This document shows, piece after piece, positions 25,723 to 39,190 of a stretch of 64,000 bases of DNA. Every line of letters starts with the position of its first letter. Positions within the stretch are counted from its first letter, which is position 1. This DNA is from Mytilus edulis. Lineage: Eukaryota. The stretch covers positions 22,692,001 through 22,756,000 of the forward strand of contig NC_092344.1 of assembly GCF_963676685.1 (NCBI RefSeq), read 5' to 3'. Made by a program: the position numbers and the translations under genes. Below the pieces are notes generated by a model. The model saw nothing but the letters and a program-made list of their open reading frames with translations, was not told the DNA's origin and did no database searches.

Positions 25723-26096
25723 TGTGTCTGATAGTTGTCATTCTCATCTTTTTCCTGATCAGTTCATGTGATCTAGGTTCAATGAAGCAAGTACCATTCA
25801 TAACACAATCTACCATAGTTATGCGGTGGATTCCACTTTACTTGAGCCTCAGTTTGCTTAAACCTGAAGTTTCATTTTAACCAAAACAGACAAATTGAGT
25901 TTTAAAGTTAGTCACACAGAATAGAGTCCAACCTCCTTTTGTTGAAATTGTAGTGTCAGAAACTGATAAATCTCAAATTTTGTCAAGTCACCATAAATGT
26001 CCAGTTTGTTCAATGTTTTTTCTGAGAAAATCTTGGTGAGATTTCGAAAAATATGTATCCTTGGAGAATAAATGTACAAAAATTATCCTAAGGCTG

Positions 26097-27297
26097 AACT
26101 AGAGGCTCTTAAGAGCCTGTGTCGCTCTGACACCTTGGTTTATGTGCATATTAGACAAAGGACACAGATGGATTCACGACAAAATTGTGTTTTGGTGATG
26201 GTGATGTGTTTGTAGATCTTACTTTACTGAACATTCTCACTTCTTACAATTATCTCAATTTATAATGAACTTGGCCAATTAGTTAGAGGAAACTTTTGGT
26301 AATATTTACAAAATTATTAAAAATTGACTATAAAGGGCAATAACTCCTTAAGGGGTCAACTGACCTTTTTGGTCATGCTGACTAATTTGTGGATCTTACT
26401 TTGCTGAACATTATTGCTGTTTACAGTTTATATCTATCTATAATAATATTTAAGATAATAACCAAAAACAGCAAAATTTCCTTAAAAATTACCAATTCAG
26501 AGGCAGCAACCCAACAACTGGTTGTCCGATTCATCTGCAAATTTCATATATAAAGCAGATAGATCTTGACTAAGCCAAAATCTACATTTTACCCCTATGT
26601 TCTATTTTTAACCATTGCAGCCATCTTGATTGGTTGACAGGGTCACCACACACATTTTTTAAACAAGATACATCAATGATGATTATGGCCAAGTATGGTT
26701 AAGTTTGGTCCAGTAGTTTTAGAGGAGAAGATTGTTGTAAAAGATTACGAAAAAAATTGGTAAAAAATTACTATAAAGGGCAATAACTCCCTTAGGGGTC
26801 AATTGACTATTTTAGTCGTATTAACTTATTTGTAGATCTTACTTTGCTGAACATTATTGCTGTTTACACATTATCTCTATCTATAATAATATTCAAGATA
26901 ATAGCCAAAAAACGGTCCATAAAATTGCCAATTCAGGGGCAGCAACCCAACAACCGGTTGTCTGATTTGTCTGAAAATTTTAGGGCAGACAAACAATTTC
27001 ACCCCATTTCAGATTTGCTCTAAATGCTTTGGTTTCAGAGTTATAAGTCAAAATCTACATTTTACCCTAATGTTCTATTTTTAGCCATGGCGGCCATCTG
27101 GTTGGCTGGCCGGGTCACGTCACACATTTTTTAAAGGCTAGATACCCCAATGATGATTGTGGCCAAGTTTTATTTAATTTAGCCCAGTAGTTTCAGAGGA
27201 GAAGATTTTTGTAAAAGTTAACGACGGACGACGACGGACGACGGACGCAAAGTGATGAGAAAAGCTCACTTGGCCTTTCGGGCCAGGTGAGCTAAAA
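26097..27297 (-). mobile_element. Helentron/HINE-like element (tttagctcacctggcc head, (cgtc)n tract, long internal duplication, agagcctctagtt tail)
   Basis: Reverse complement of the element at 49174-50414. Confidence 0.8.
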
Positions 27298-27597
27298 AAG
27301 CAGAAAATTTGAACAAATTTGAAAAGAGATTTTTGCTGTTTAACAAGGGCATTAGTGTGTCTGTCACTTGTCATCTCTGTCAATCTATTTTCCACAATAA
27401 CTTAAGTTACAATTGACATCCTGTTTGAATGCAATGTACATTGTCATAAAACAAAGGCTGGTAACTTTTTAAGGGTATTTTGGTTGTCTAACATTCTCAC
27501 AAAGAAAAGGATCTAAACGGTCCACACCAGTTTTAATGCTAAATCTGATGTACAGCATTTTATTTTTGTCACAAAATGTGAGACATGCAGATTCTAA

Positions 27598-27825
27598 GGG
27601 ACGACATCAAAAGATCAATGTAAGATAAAAAAAACTTAATTCAAATAGTTGGGGGGGGGGGGGTTGGACTGCTGCAAGATTTGGTTATCCGACATTGATT
27701 TTTACATATATCCATATGGGTCAATCAATTTTTCCCAAATTAAGTTAATAGGGGGTTAGGGGGGTCAGTGAACAAACTATTTAAATTAAGTTTTTTATCC
27801 TTCGTTGAACTTTTGATGTCGTCCC
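27598..27825. mobile_element. PIF/Harbinger-type MITE
   Basis: ~55-bp TIRs gggacgacatcaaaag... / ...cttttgatgtcgtccc; TAA target duplication. Confidence 0.85.
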
Positions 27826-27916
27826 TAATAAAGTGGTGGTATTATCTTTTTGTACAAGCTTATATTTCTGAAGGTAAAATACGTGCATATTTATACCCCC
27901 ACTGTAGCGGAAGAGG

Positions 27917-28071
27917 CAGAGGCGGATTTAGGGGGGTGGGGCCTGGCCCCCCTTTTTTTGGGAACAAAAATGGTTGCTTATATAAGGAATCACTGAAGCG
28001 TGAATAGAGCGGGGCCCCCTCTTAGGCAGTCAGTGGGCCCCCACTTATGAAAATTTCTGAATCCGCCACTG
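27917..28071. mobile_element. Small GC-rich MITE (CAG...CTG ends, hAT-like)
   Basis: TIRs cagaggcggattt / aatccgccactg; TSD not clear. Confidence 0.6.
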
Positions 28072-29142
28072 GGAGGCATTAAGTTTTACCCTTGTCCGTT
28101 ATGCCAAAGTTGGTTTCCGTTCTCTAACTTTACTTTGCCTCAATTAAATGTTATGAAACCTATACATAATGCTTATTTCCGCAAAAAAACAGATCAAGTT
28201 TGAATTTGTGTGGCATCAACCATTATATGGGTCAAAGTACGGTCTTCAACACAGAGACTTGGCTCACACAAAACAGCAAGCTATAAAAGGCCCAAATATG
28301 AATAGTGTAAACCCAACAGTCAAATCCAAATAAAAAACGAGAAACACTTATGAACCACATCAACAAACGACAACCACTGAACATAAGGTTAGATGTGCCA
28401 AAGGAACATCACCATTTGAAAAAGGAAAATTAACAATAGGAAATGAAAATCATAAAAAAACAATCTTAAATTTTAGTGGAGAATTTCCCATGTAAACCTG
28501 AAATATTTAAATCTAGGAAAGGACAGTTATTACAGTTTATATTTGATTTATTTTAAAGTGAGTTACTTTGGGTAAATTTCGGCAGTACATGTTGTTGAAT
28601 TTATCAATTAGACGGGTCTTTTACTGAGTTTGGTCATAAACTGTGATTCAGTACAATAACAAGTCGACCATTAAAGGGGTGCAATTGATATGCCCATGCG
28701 AATACACGAAACTGTCGACGGAATGTATTACAACAATGTACATAAATAGTATCAAGGAGAAAGTTAATTGCTTCAATCAACACATCATCGCTCCAGTAAG
28801 AATACCTATCATATTTACATTTGGTATTAGAGAAAAGGCCTACACCTGTCCTAAGTAATTAGGAATCTGATGTTCAGAAGTTGTCGTTTGTTGATGTGGT
28901 TCCTAAGTGATTTTCGTTTTTCGTTTTTTTTTCTATATAGATCAGACCGTTGTTTTTCCCGTTTGAATGTTTTTACACTAGCCATTTCTGTGGCCCTTTA
29001 TAACTTGCTGTTCGGTGTGAGCCAGGGCTCCGTGTTGAAGACCACACTTTGACATATAAAGGTTTACTTTTATAAATTGTGACGTGGATAGAGAGTTGTC
29101 TTGTTGGCACCCATCATTTTATATCTATTTAGATGAGTTGCA

Positions 29143-29480
29143 TTAAATACATTTGCATTCAGATTTATTAAACGAATTTTTAATCAAATAGTAAAAATTG
29201 TGTTTGAGAAGATTGTGTGGAAGTGCAGTGTAAAGAATTGAAAAGTCACAACTGTCAACAGAACCAAATGGACCATCAAAAGAACGTAATTTATCTAACA
29301 CATCCAGCGAATTTTGTATACTAGTACTCAAAAAGTAGTTAATTCCACTTTTTTCATATATTTCATTACAAAAGTTAATGATAAGTTCTTTAATAGCAGT
29401 TATAAGATCTTATAAGGAACTAGCTAAAAGTACCGAAAGATGAGTTAAATAACACTTACCTGAAGCCGAGACGAAATAAA
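29143..29480 (-). pseudogene. Degenerate reverse-transcriptase fragment, Penelope-like element
   Basis: Minus-strand peptide ...EKSGINYF..IQNSLDVLDKL...DFSILYTALPH resembles the PLE RT motif DFSTLYTxIPH; disrupted upstream. Confidence 0.6.
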
Positions 29481-31074
29481 GTTTTACTCTGTGACATTTC
29501 ATAGAAAGAGCCTTAAAATGTTCAGAAGAGGCCTTCTTAAAGCTGTGATGAGCATGATTTAGTGTATGTATGAGGTCATGTTTAAAAGTTGTTTGTCTAG
29601 TAGATCATGACAAATTATTGTAGAAGCATTGCAAACAAAGAATGTCGTTGTGTTAAGAATCCAAATTGGAATAAAGACGACCGATATTAGACGCTTAACA
29701 TATTAAGTGCATTTTATATTCGCAGATTTAATTCTAGAAGCAAGCTTTCAGTCAGTCATTTTGAGTATAATTAAAAGTTCATCACTTGCAACTCTGTTTT
29801 GGTAGTCTGTAACATCTATAGAATAGATTTTTTTTCTTAAAATCCTTAGATTGTATAATTTCTTTTTTGTATACCCTTTTTATTTTACTAAAGGAAACAA
29901 ACTAGAGTCTGGAGAGAGCCTGTGTCGCTCACCTTGGTCTTTGTGCATATTAAACAAGGACACTCTCCAACATTGTAGATGAAAATAGGTAGAATTCATG
30001 ACAAAACCCTCTTTTCTGTTGATCTTGTTTTGCTGACCATAAAGGGGCACTAGCTACGAGATATGAAAAAATAGAATGTGATTTTGTTTATTTCAATCAT
30101 TAATAAAAGTGAAATAATAAAATAATAATTCGCTGTTAGAGGCCAATTTGGTTCATTTTTGTCTGAATGAGCAAAAAAGATCTCTGGTGAATTATTCACA
30201 TGCAAGTAAATAATTAGACCGTTTTCATGTGACCTTCAAAAAACCCATTATTTATCAATTGGTTATGCATGAAAAAGTATTGTTCAGCCATTAAAAGGAA
30301 AAGAATGTCAACATTTATTTTAAAGTGAAACAAATGTGGACCATTTCATTGACTGACTCGATCCACAAAAAAAAACCCACATTTCTATACTTGTAAAAAC
30401 GATAATTATCTTTTGTATTTAACCCAGAGATGAAATTAAACAGACCTGGGACTATTATACTCATAGTTAGAATAATAGTCACAGAACAGACCTAGTAAGT
30501 TTCAGTTGTGCTGTAACACATCTGTCCTCTAGGTAGGTTGGTCCCCTCCGTAAAACATTCAGTATGCCTTCGGAATATATACAAATATCAAGAATTTCAA
30601 TAACGGCCGGGAAACAGACTATCCTCTAGGGGACTGAGAGCCTATATTAAAAGCGCTGGCAAACACGTCAGTTTACCCACACGCACTTGTCTCCTGTATG
30701 TTTAGCCCTGCCACCGGTTTTACAAGTTATTTCCCTAAACATATAGGGCTCATTGTAAGCATATAATACGAGTTACAAATAAAGAAAAAAAACATAAGAA
30801 GGGGATAAGACTACATTTCGAATTTCGCGGAATTTTAAACTGTTTTCATTGGTGCATATGAACACACCTCCAATATTGCTAACATGTTCTTAGGTAAATA
30901 ATTTTAAACGGCACAAAAGACTTAACTCGATTTTAATAGATTGGATTGGTAATTTGAAGTACAAATGCGCTTATAATATGCATAATTTAGCAAGAATATA
31001 ACCAAAACACATTGTTCTTCTTGATTGTCTCCCATTATCAAGATTGAAATTATCTCCCTCTATTGTGTACAACC

Positions 31075-31158
31075 ATGGCCAGTGTACTGCAAATTTTCAG
31101 AACAAACGTCAAACCGTGCAAATTGAGGCTAACTGTGAACTGTCTACCATTAATAAGT
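31075..31158 (+). CDS. OXCT1: OXCT1 exon 1 (MASVLQIFRTNVKPCKLRLTVNCLPLIS), probable mitochondrial transit peptide
   Basis: aaccATGG start context, gtatgt donor, basic peptide with no acidic residues, phase 0 matches exon 2. Confidence 0.72.
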
Positions 31159-32539
31159 GTATGTTGATGCTGACATGATTGTTATTTGACCTATACTGCC
31201 TCTATTGAGAGGTCATTCACATAATTCCTGACCCCTAAACAGATCCACTGAAAATAAACAAGAGTTGAAGACATCTTTTGTTTTAACTGTTTGACAGTTG
31301 TTGAATAAAATTACTTGATATGTACACTAGAACTTGCATATTTTATTGACCCTCCCTTCCTTGTCCCTTCTGTTAGTAGTAGCATATATAAGGCACTAAA
31401 TGTGCACCATAATTCAGTTACCTTGTTTTGTAACCCCCATTGACATAATGGTTACATTCATACCAAACGAGCAGGATCTACATAATCAAAGACATACAAT
31501 TATTATGAATTATAAAAGACATGCTCATTTTTCAATGAGACAATTACTGAATTAGGGGGTCTCATTGGGGGTTCTGATCACGGATCCTGCTTACTGTTTT
31601 GTCAGATTCCCCTATCCTGCTTACACAATGTACGTATTAAAGCAATTCTCATTTTTTTTGTAATTTCCTGTGTCTCCCTAGACTTCATTTCCCATTTTCA
31701 TGGTATAATAATTTGACTTGAACGTGTCGCGCTTACCTAAAGATTGGCAGTCCTGCGTCGGGCCTAGACCCCAGTGAGACTACTCACAATTAGGTGCCTT
31801 CTGTACAACTTGATTTAATTTGATCATCACTCCTTAATGATGGCTTGATCCCAGTCAGCAGTATAGTCAGAAGTTGGTTCAGTCATGGGAGTTGTAGTAA
31901 TAATGGTGTTTTGAATACAGGCAAACTATTCCAGTGTACTATATCTTTATAAAGAGTGCATCAATGCATATAATTTGGTGGTTGTTTTTTCTTGTCACAA
32001 TGTCAGACTAAAGCTAGGGTTCATACTGGTATTTAAAGTGCATAATTGGTTTCACTTCATTAAACAGTATTTCCAGAAACAACAGAAAGCAGGCCGTCAA
32101 TATTTTTCATAAATTAAATTTTTATGTTTAGATACGCCTAATATTTTTTAACAAAAACGCCTTTTATAGCTGGCTATTCGGTATTGGCTTTGCTCATTGT
32201 TGAAGGCCGTACGGTGAACTATAGTTGTTAGTTTCTGTGTTATTTTGGTCTCTTGTGGACAGTTGTCTCATTGGCAATCATACTACATCTTCTTTTTTAT
32301 ATTTGAATTTAAGCGAATGGTTTTGACCATCATGATTTTTTTATCATGAAAAATTTCAAAAGTGGAAGTTCTTGAACTTGATTAGGTAAAAACACAATAT
32401 TTTTCAGATTGCAACTAAAAACAAAAAAGTAAATAAAAATAAACCAATCTTCTATCCCTATAATTTTAGGAAAATACAACCCTCATATTTGTGTATGGAC
32501 TTTTCTCAATGTATAATATGGTATATTTATTTTCTGTAG

Positions 32540-32648
32540 GCATCCAGCAACTTCAGTACATCAGGCAGAAGATATAAAGCCAAATTCTTTAATTCAGCTG
32601 ATGAAGCCATTCAAGATATACCAGATGGATCAAAACTGTTGGTTGGAG
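32540..32648 (+). CDS. OXCT1: OXCT1 exon 2 (ASSNFSTSGRRYKAKFFNSADEAIQDIPDGSKLLVG)
   Basis: tttctgtag/gtgtgt; DIPDGxxLLVGG motif. Confidence 0.9.
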
Positions 32649-32898
32649 GTGTGTTAACTTTATTGTTTATTTCCTCATAATCTATAACTAGTAATTTTCA
32701 AGTTTCACATAAAAGTGAAAAGTATTTATAGATCTAAATCACAAGAGAATGTTCTTCATTTTCCAGAAATATAAGGAATGGTAAATACAAGTCATGTCTT
32801 TGTATACAGTAGCGTCCTTGATTTTCTTTGGATAATAATTTTCATGGATTTTGTGGGAATAAGGGAACCACAAAATTATAATGTTCAATGATTTACAA

Positions 32899-33278
32899 GA
32901 TTTTGGAAGGAATGTATGCAGATTTTGGAAGGAATGTATGCAGATTTTGGAAGGAATGTATGCAGATTTTGGAAGGAATGTATGCAGATTTTGGAAGGAA
33001 TGTATGCAGATTATGGAAGGAATGTATGCAGGTTTTGGAAGGAATGTATGCAGATTTTGGAAGGAATGTATGCAGATTATGGAAGGAATGTATGCAGGTT
33101 TTGGAAGGAATGTATGCAGATTTTGGAAGGAATGTATGCAGATTATGGAAGGAATGTATGCAGGTTTTGGAAGGAATGTATGCAGATTTTGGAAGGAATG
33201 TATGCAGATTTTGGAAGGAATGTATGCAGGTTTTGGAAGGAATGTATGCAGGTTTTGGAAGGAATGTATGCAGATTTT
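32899..33278. repeat. 22-bp minisatellite (gattttggaaggaatgtatgca), about 17 copies, inside a MITE-like element
   Basis: Direct periodicity; produces spurious ORFs 32739-33431. Confidence 0.96.
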
Positions 33279-33505
33279 GCCAAAAGCAAAAATGAAATAT
33301 CCATGAAAATGCAAGTTTTCCTCAATCCAAGGAAATTAGTACCTATAAAAATAAATGAATTTATAAGGTGTTTTCAGCTGAAGGATATAATTCATCTGCA
33401 AACTGCGAAGCTGTTATATATATATGTGTAGTCATGTTTATGCTACAGTATAAATATGTTCTGTATAAAAACACTAATCAAACTACTTTGTTTATTTTTG
33501 AACAG

Positions 33506-33639
33506 GATTTGGATTATGTGGAATACCAGAAAACCTAATTCAAGCTTTACTGAAAACAAAGGTTAAAGATTTGACAATTGTCAGTAATAATGCTGGTGTA
33601 GATGATTTTGGTCTTGGATTATTACTTCAGCAGAAACAG
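33506..33639 (+). CDS. OXCT1: OXCT1 exon 3 ([11 protein letters not shown]...[19 protein letters not shown])
   Basis: gaacag/gtatgg; CoA-transferase signature. Confidence 0.95.
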
Positions 33640-34019
33640 GTATGGACCGTTAATTTGACCATGACGTAATTAACCTACATGTTGTTGGTAGGGTTTGGAT
33701 AATAATCATATGAATATGACTGATAGTATCTTTTGTAAAAAAATAAGAATGTACATGTGGGTACAGTTATAAAAGAACATTTTTGACATTTTTAGCTTTT
33801 GAACTTTAAAAGAAGTTAGAAAATTTAATGATTATGAGTAATTGTTAATAATAGTTTTATCAATTGAAAATGTGATGATTAAATTCTTGGTATTATCAAT
33901 ACCTGATAATTTTATCTAAGAATTTGTCATTGAAATAGCTCTTCAATTATTTGTTTATGTTGCTTTTTAAAAGGAGACTAATTAATCATTGAATTTAAAA
34001 TTTAAAGAGTTTGTATTAA

Positions 34020-34217
<198 letters not shown>

Positions 34218-34450
34218 TAATTAAATGAGACATCAACCACACAACACATTTTGTCCATCCAACTATCTTTCCTTCCATTTGTAAATCCATTAATTTGTCA
34301 AATATACTTTTTCCCACTTTTATCATTTATATAAGCATTGAGAATTTTGAGGTATTGATTCTCTCTGGAGTTTTCATACATTTAACATTGTACCTTTTAT
34401 CCTAAAAAAATAACAAGGATTAAATTAGATTTTCTAATATGGCTTCTTAA

Positions 34451-35543
34451 GGGGGCTCGTGAGTATAAATCATGTTTTTTTTTTAATATAGGATTTCGCT
34501 ATATTTTTTCATAAATGAACTTTATCATATACAATAGAAAAATGAAGTAAAAAAATAGAGATAAACTGTAAACAGCAATAATGTTCAGCAAAGTAAGATC
34601 TACAAATATGTCAACATGACCAAAATGGTCAGTTGACCCCTTAAGGAGTTATTGCCTTTTATAGTAATTTTTTACCAATTTTTCGTAAATTTTTGTAATC
34701 TTTTACAAAAATCTTCTTCTCTGAAAATTACTGGGCCAAATTTAACCAAACTTTGCCACAATTATTATTAGGGTATCTAGTTTAAAATATGTGTGCGGTG
34801 ACCCAGCCAACCAACCAAGACGGCCGCCATGGTTAAAAATAAAACATAGGGGTAAAATGTAGATTTTGGCTTATAACTCTGAAACCAAAGCGTTTAGAGC
34901 AAATCTGTTGGAATTAAATTGTTTATTAAGTCAATATCTATCTGCTGTGAAATTTTCAGATGAATTGGACAACTTGTTGTTAGGTTGCTGCCCCCAATAG
35001 GTAATTTTTAAAGATATTTTGCCATTTTGGTTATTATCTTGAATACTATCATAGATAGAGATAAACTGTAAACAGCAATAATGTTCAGCAAAGTAAGATC
35101 TACAAATAATTCAACGCGAACAAAATGGTTAGTTGACCCCTTAAGGAGTTATTGCCCTTTATAGTCAATTTTTACAAAATATTACCTCTATAACTAAAGG
35201 GCCAAGTTTATTATAGATAGAGAAAATTGTAAGTAGAAAGAATGTTCAGTAAAGTAAGATCTACAAACACATCACCATCACCAAAACACAATTTTGTCAT
35301 GAATCCATCTGTTTCCTTTGTTTAATATGGACATAGACCAAGGTGAGCGACACAGGGTCTTAAGAGCCTCTAGTTTAATGATATAAACGTTTTAAAAGTC
35401 ATCTGGGGCCAAACCGAATCCATTTTTTGGGTTCATTTTAGTACCATATCATAAAGTTATAACTAATAGAGTAATAAATAAAATTTGTAATAAAAAAACG
35501 AATGTTTAATTTTTTGCTGAATTTTCTGTACCCACGAGCATCC
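34451..35543. mobile_element. Kolobok-like TTAA element carrying an inserted 5'-truncated HINE (about 34560-35375)
   Basis: ttaa|gggggctcgtgagta ... tacccacgagcatcc|ttaa; interior matches the 49174-50414 family. Confidence 0.65.
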
Positions 35544-35881
35544 TTAAACTATACTATATATATATATAAGTAATAAAATTATGACTAGAAAAGTAGGGGG
35601 TTGGTAGGCAAACTTTTCAATATAACTTTATGGATAAAAACAGAGGATTTGAAATGTCTGACAAAAAGTTAAAAAAAGAGTAGCAAACATCCTTGATATG
35701 TATTATGATTTTTGAATAATATTTTCATTACACATTTCTGCAGTACTACTTATCAGAATGACCCCCAATTTGTTAATGGTAAGTTGAAATATGTGAGAGT
35801 CTCAGACACTAAATTCCTATTTCTAATACTTTGAATTATAATTAGGTGTATCCTCACAAAACAACGTGCCCACCTACGATA

Positions 35882-36353
35882 TTATGCCCCACTTACGATA
35901 GTAGAGGGGCATTATGTTTTCTAGTCTGTGCGTGCGTCTGTTCGTGCGTCCATTTGTGCGTCCGTTTGTCTGTCTGTCCCGCTTCAGGTTAAAGTTTTTG
36001 GTCAAGATAGTTTTTGATGAAGCTGAAGTCCAGTCAACTAGAAACTTAGTACACTTGTTGCTTATGATATGATCTTCCTAATTTTAAAGCCAAATTAAAC
36101 ATTTGACCCCAATTTCACGGTCCACTGAACATAGAAAATGAAAGTGCAAGTTTCAGGTTAAAGTTTTTGGTCAAGCTAATTTTTGATGAAGTTGAAGTCC
36201 AATCAACTTGAAACTTAGTACACATGTTCCCTATGGTATGATCTTTCTAATTTTAATGCCAAATTAGATCTTTTATCCAATTTCACGGCCCATTGAATAT
36301 GGAAAATGATAGTGCGAGTGGGGCATCCGTGTACTTCGGGCACATTCTTGTTT
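35882..36353 (+). mobile_element. Helentron/HINE-like element with (gtcc/gtgc)n tract and two ~157-bp core repeats
   Basis: ttatgcccc head, cattcttgttt tail; a related copy lies on the minus strand at 59948-60240. Confidence 0.7.
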
Positions 36354-36514
36354 TCATTTGAAATATTAATGAAAATGAACACTCATTGTTGAAGGCCATG
36401 TAGTAACCTATAGCTGTTAACTTCTATGTCATAATTTAGTCTCAGGGTATAGAGAATTGTCTTATTGTCTCTTCTAAATTTTAACATTTATTGTTCACTT
36501 TTGTATTATAAAAA

Positions 36515-37095
36515 AAGAAGATGTGGTATGATTGCTAATGAGACAACTCTCCACAAGAGACCAAAATAACACAACAACTATAGATCACCGTACGTCCTTC
36601 AACAATGAGCAAAGCCCATACCTGATAGTCAGCTCTAAAAGGCCATGAAATGACAATGTTAAACAATTTAAATGAGAAAAATAACGGCCTAATTTATGTT
36701 AAAAAATTGAACGAAAAACAAATATCTATCACATAAACAAACGACAACCACTGAATTACAGGCTCCTAACTTGGGACAGGCACATACAAACAGAATGTGG
36801 CAGGGTTAAACATGTTAGCGGGATCCCAACCCTCCCCTAACCTGGGACAGTGGTATATCAGTACAACATAAGAATGAACTATAAAAATCAGTTGAAAAAG
36901 ACTTAACTCATCAGATGGACAAAAATACAAGTGGACTTGACTGGGTACTTGTACATCCCAACAACATAAAGACACTAGGTCCAGATCTGAGAGTACTCAC
37001 AGTTAAATGACAGCTAGTTCAAAGCCTCTAACAACTAATAAAAAAATCATGTCATGGATCTAAGACTAAATTATCAATCCGTACACATCCAACAT
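36515..37095 (+). mobile_element. Long copy of the abundant dispersed repeat beginning aagaagatgtggtatgattgccaatgagacaac
   Basis: Related copies at about 4930-5160, 28225-28390, 28870-29120(-), 32160-32300(-), 48110-48220, 51522-51635 and 53532-53775. Confidence 0.8.
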
Positions 37096-37116
37096 ATAAG
37101 TTCATTTGCACTTTAG

Positions 37117-37266
37117 GGTACACTGGCTGAGAGAATAAGAGCTGGTGGAGCCGGTATCCCAGCATTCTTTACACCTACTGGTTATGGAACTTTAATACAG
37201 ACAGGTGGCGCTCCAATCAAATATAACAGCGATAAATCTATAGACGTTGCTAGTCAACCAAGGGAG
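37117..37266 (+). CDS. OXCT1: OXCT1 exon 5 ([28 protein letters not shown]...ASQPRE)
   Basis: ctttag/gtaagt; conserved SCOT peptide. Confidence 0.95.
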
Positions 37267-37291
37267 GTAAGTCAGCTGATTTCTATCTGGA

Positions 37292-37380
37292 TAATACAGA
37301 AAGGTGGTGCTCCAATTAAATACAACAGTGATAAATCTATAGACATTGCTAGTCAGCCAAGGGAGGTAAGTCAGCTGATT
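37292..37380 (+). repeat. Direct duplicate of the 3' end of OXCT1 exon 5 plus its donor site (99-nt offset)
   Basis: 37193-37281 and 37292-37380 align without gaps, 7 substitutions. Confidence 0.92.
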
Positions 37381-39190
37381 AAATGACAATTTCAGCACAA
37401 TTCAGCATTTCGTCTATCATCTTTCAACATTTTATAGGTAGGCAGAAACTGGAGCAAATTTGACAAAGGGCGGACCCAGCCATTTATAAAAGGGGGGGTG
37501 TAAACTAAATGTCCTTATTTCAAATGCATTGATTGTCAGAAAAAAAGGGGGATCCAACCAAGGGTTCGGAAATGGTCATATTTGCCAGTCTTGTCCTAAA
37601 CTGAAAGTATTTGTCCTAAATGAGTAATTGGGATTTAGGACAAATTTTATTTTTGAACAGAAATAATTTCGGTCAATTCGTTGAGATCGATTTTCTAAAT
37701 CACCATTTTGAAATTGTTTTTGTTTTGTTATCCCTCTCATGTAATGAAACTGCCACTCCAGTACAGTGTTATGTTCCTGAGGTCCCTCCTTATAACTTTA
37801 TTAATACCTCGGGGAAATATTGGCTAATGATTGCTAATCTCTTTACTCAAGTTTTTAATTCACACCTGGCTATTGATCACAAGCACAGAACAAATATTTT
37901 AAAGAAATTAAAATTCTATGTCTTTATTATTTAATTACTTTTCAGCTAAGACAATTGTCAATAATGATTTGAAATTAAAATATAACTTAATTCGATTTAA
38001 TTTACGTAGAATTTTTTTTTTTTAACCACTAAAACACGTGCTTTGTTTACTATGTAATACACATGCTTTAAATATTTTGATTAGACACTAAATTGAATAG
38101 GAAAGTTGTCTCATTGGCACTCATACCACATCTTCTTATATCTAAATCATCTTTATTGCACTAAATGCTGTTTAACAATCTACTGAGCTTACAGCATTGG
38201 GCTTAGTTTCCCTGCGTACTATCAAGGGGAATATCTAATGAACATATAGAAATGTTAGTATTATACAATTAAACATTAAACATAATTATAATAAAAATAA
38301 ACATAAATATACATTGATTCAAACGATTTTTTTTATGTCTGCTTACAGATTTACAACTTAAGGTTTTATGTTTCATGTGTGTTTACTTTCTCACAGGATA
38401 CCTGTAACCATATACATTGTATTGAAATATAAGTTTTTTTTGTACAAGGCTTAAAAACAGTTGCATTTCTATCCTGTTTGAGCTTAGTACCGGTACAAAT
38501 AAAATTTATATTTTGATATAATGTATGGTTTTTCTTTATATACTCCAACTCGAACAACTGTTTTATACGATTCATATGATTATACTTTTCAAAAAAATAG
38601 GAGTTATCTTCCTTTATCCAAAATTGTAGTTGAATCAACAACTTCTGTTTTTCTAATACTATAAGCAATAGGTCAACTAACTATATTTTGGTGTATGGAA
38701 TGATTTAAATGTGTACATATCTGTCTGGCAGGAATCATCTGCCTTTTGGTTTATTTTTATGGTTCATTTGTCAATGTTATGTTTCAGTAGTAAGATTCTT
38801 TTCAAAGATATTATTAGAAATAGCTCAATTGCATTTGGTGTATGTAATGCTTGTTAGATGACATATCTGCCTAGCTTGTTTTAAAAGATGTGAAAGGGAA
38901 ATGAAAAAGCAGTTAAGAAAAAGGTTTAGAAAAAATTAGCTTCTTTAGTATCACCATTATTTGACAGAAATTTAAATACAAACACCAGTAGTAAGCAGCA
39001 TTGTTGTAAATACATAAAATAGATGATACATGTGTATGGCTAAGATTTTAAGATATCAGATTCTATTCTGTAAAAGTAAGGTATTGTATATCAGTTTAAA
39101 GACAGATTTTCTTTTGTTATGTAAAGAACTTTACTAATAAATGTAAATTCAAATGTTTCAGGGTATATGCATATGATACCAATTGATAAT

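Noticed and set aside
30735-30755. aaacatatagggctcatt resembles the RNase MRP CR-V segment
   Set aside because: No matching upstream GAAAGTCCC CR-I motif found; the segment is explained by a local hairpin
32739-33431. Overlapping ORFs with repeated CRFWKECMQ peptides
   Set aside because: Translation of a stop-free 22-bp minisatellite in several frames
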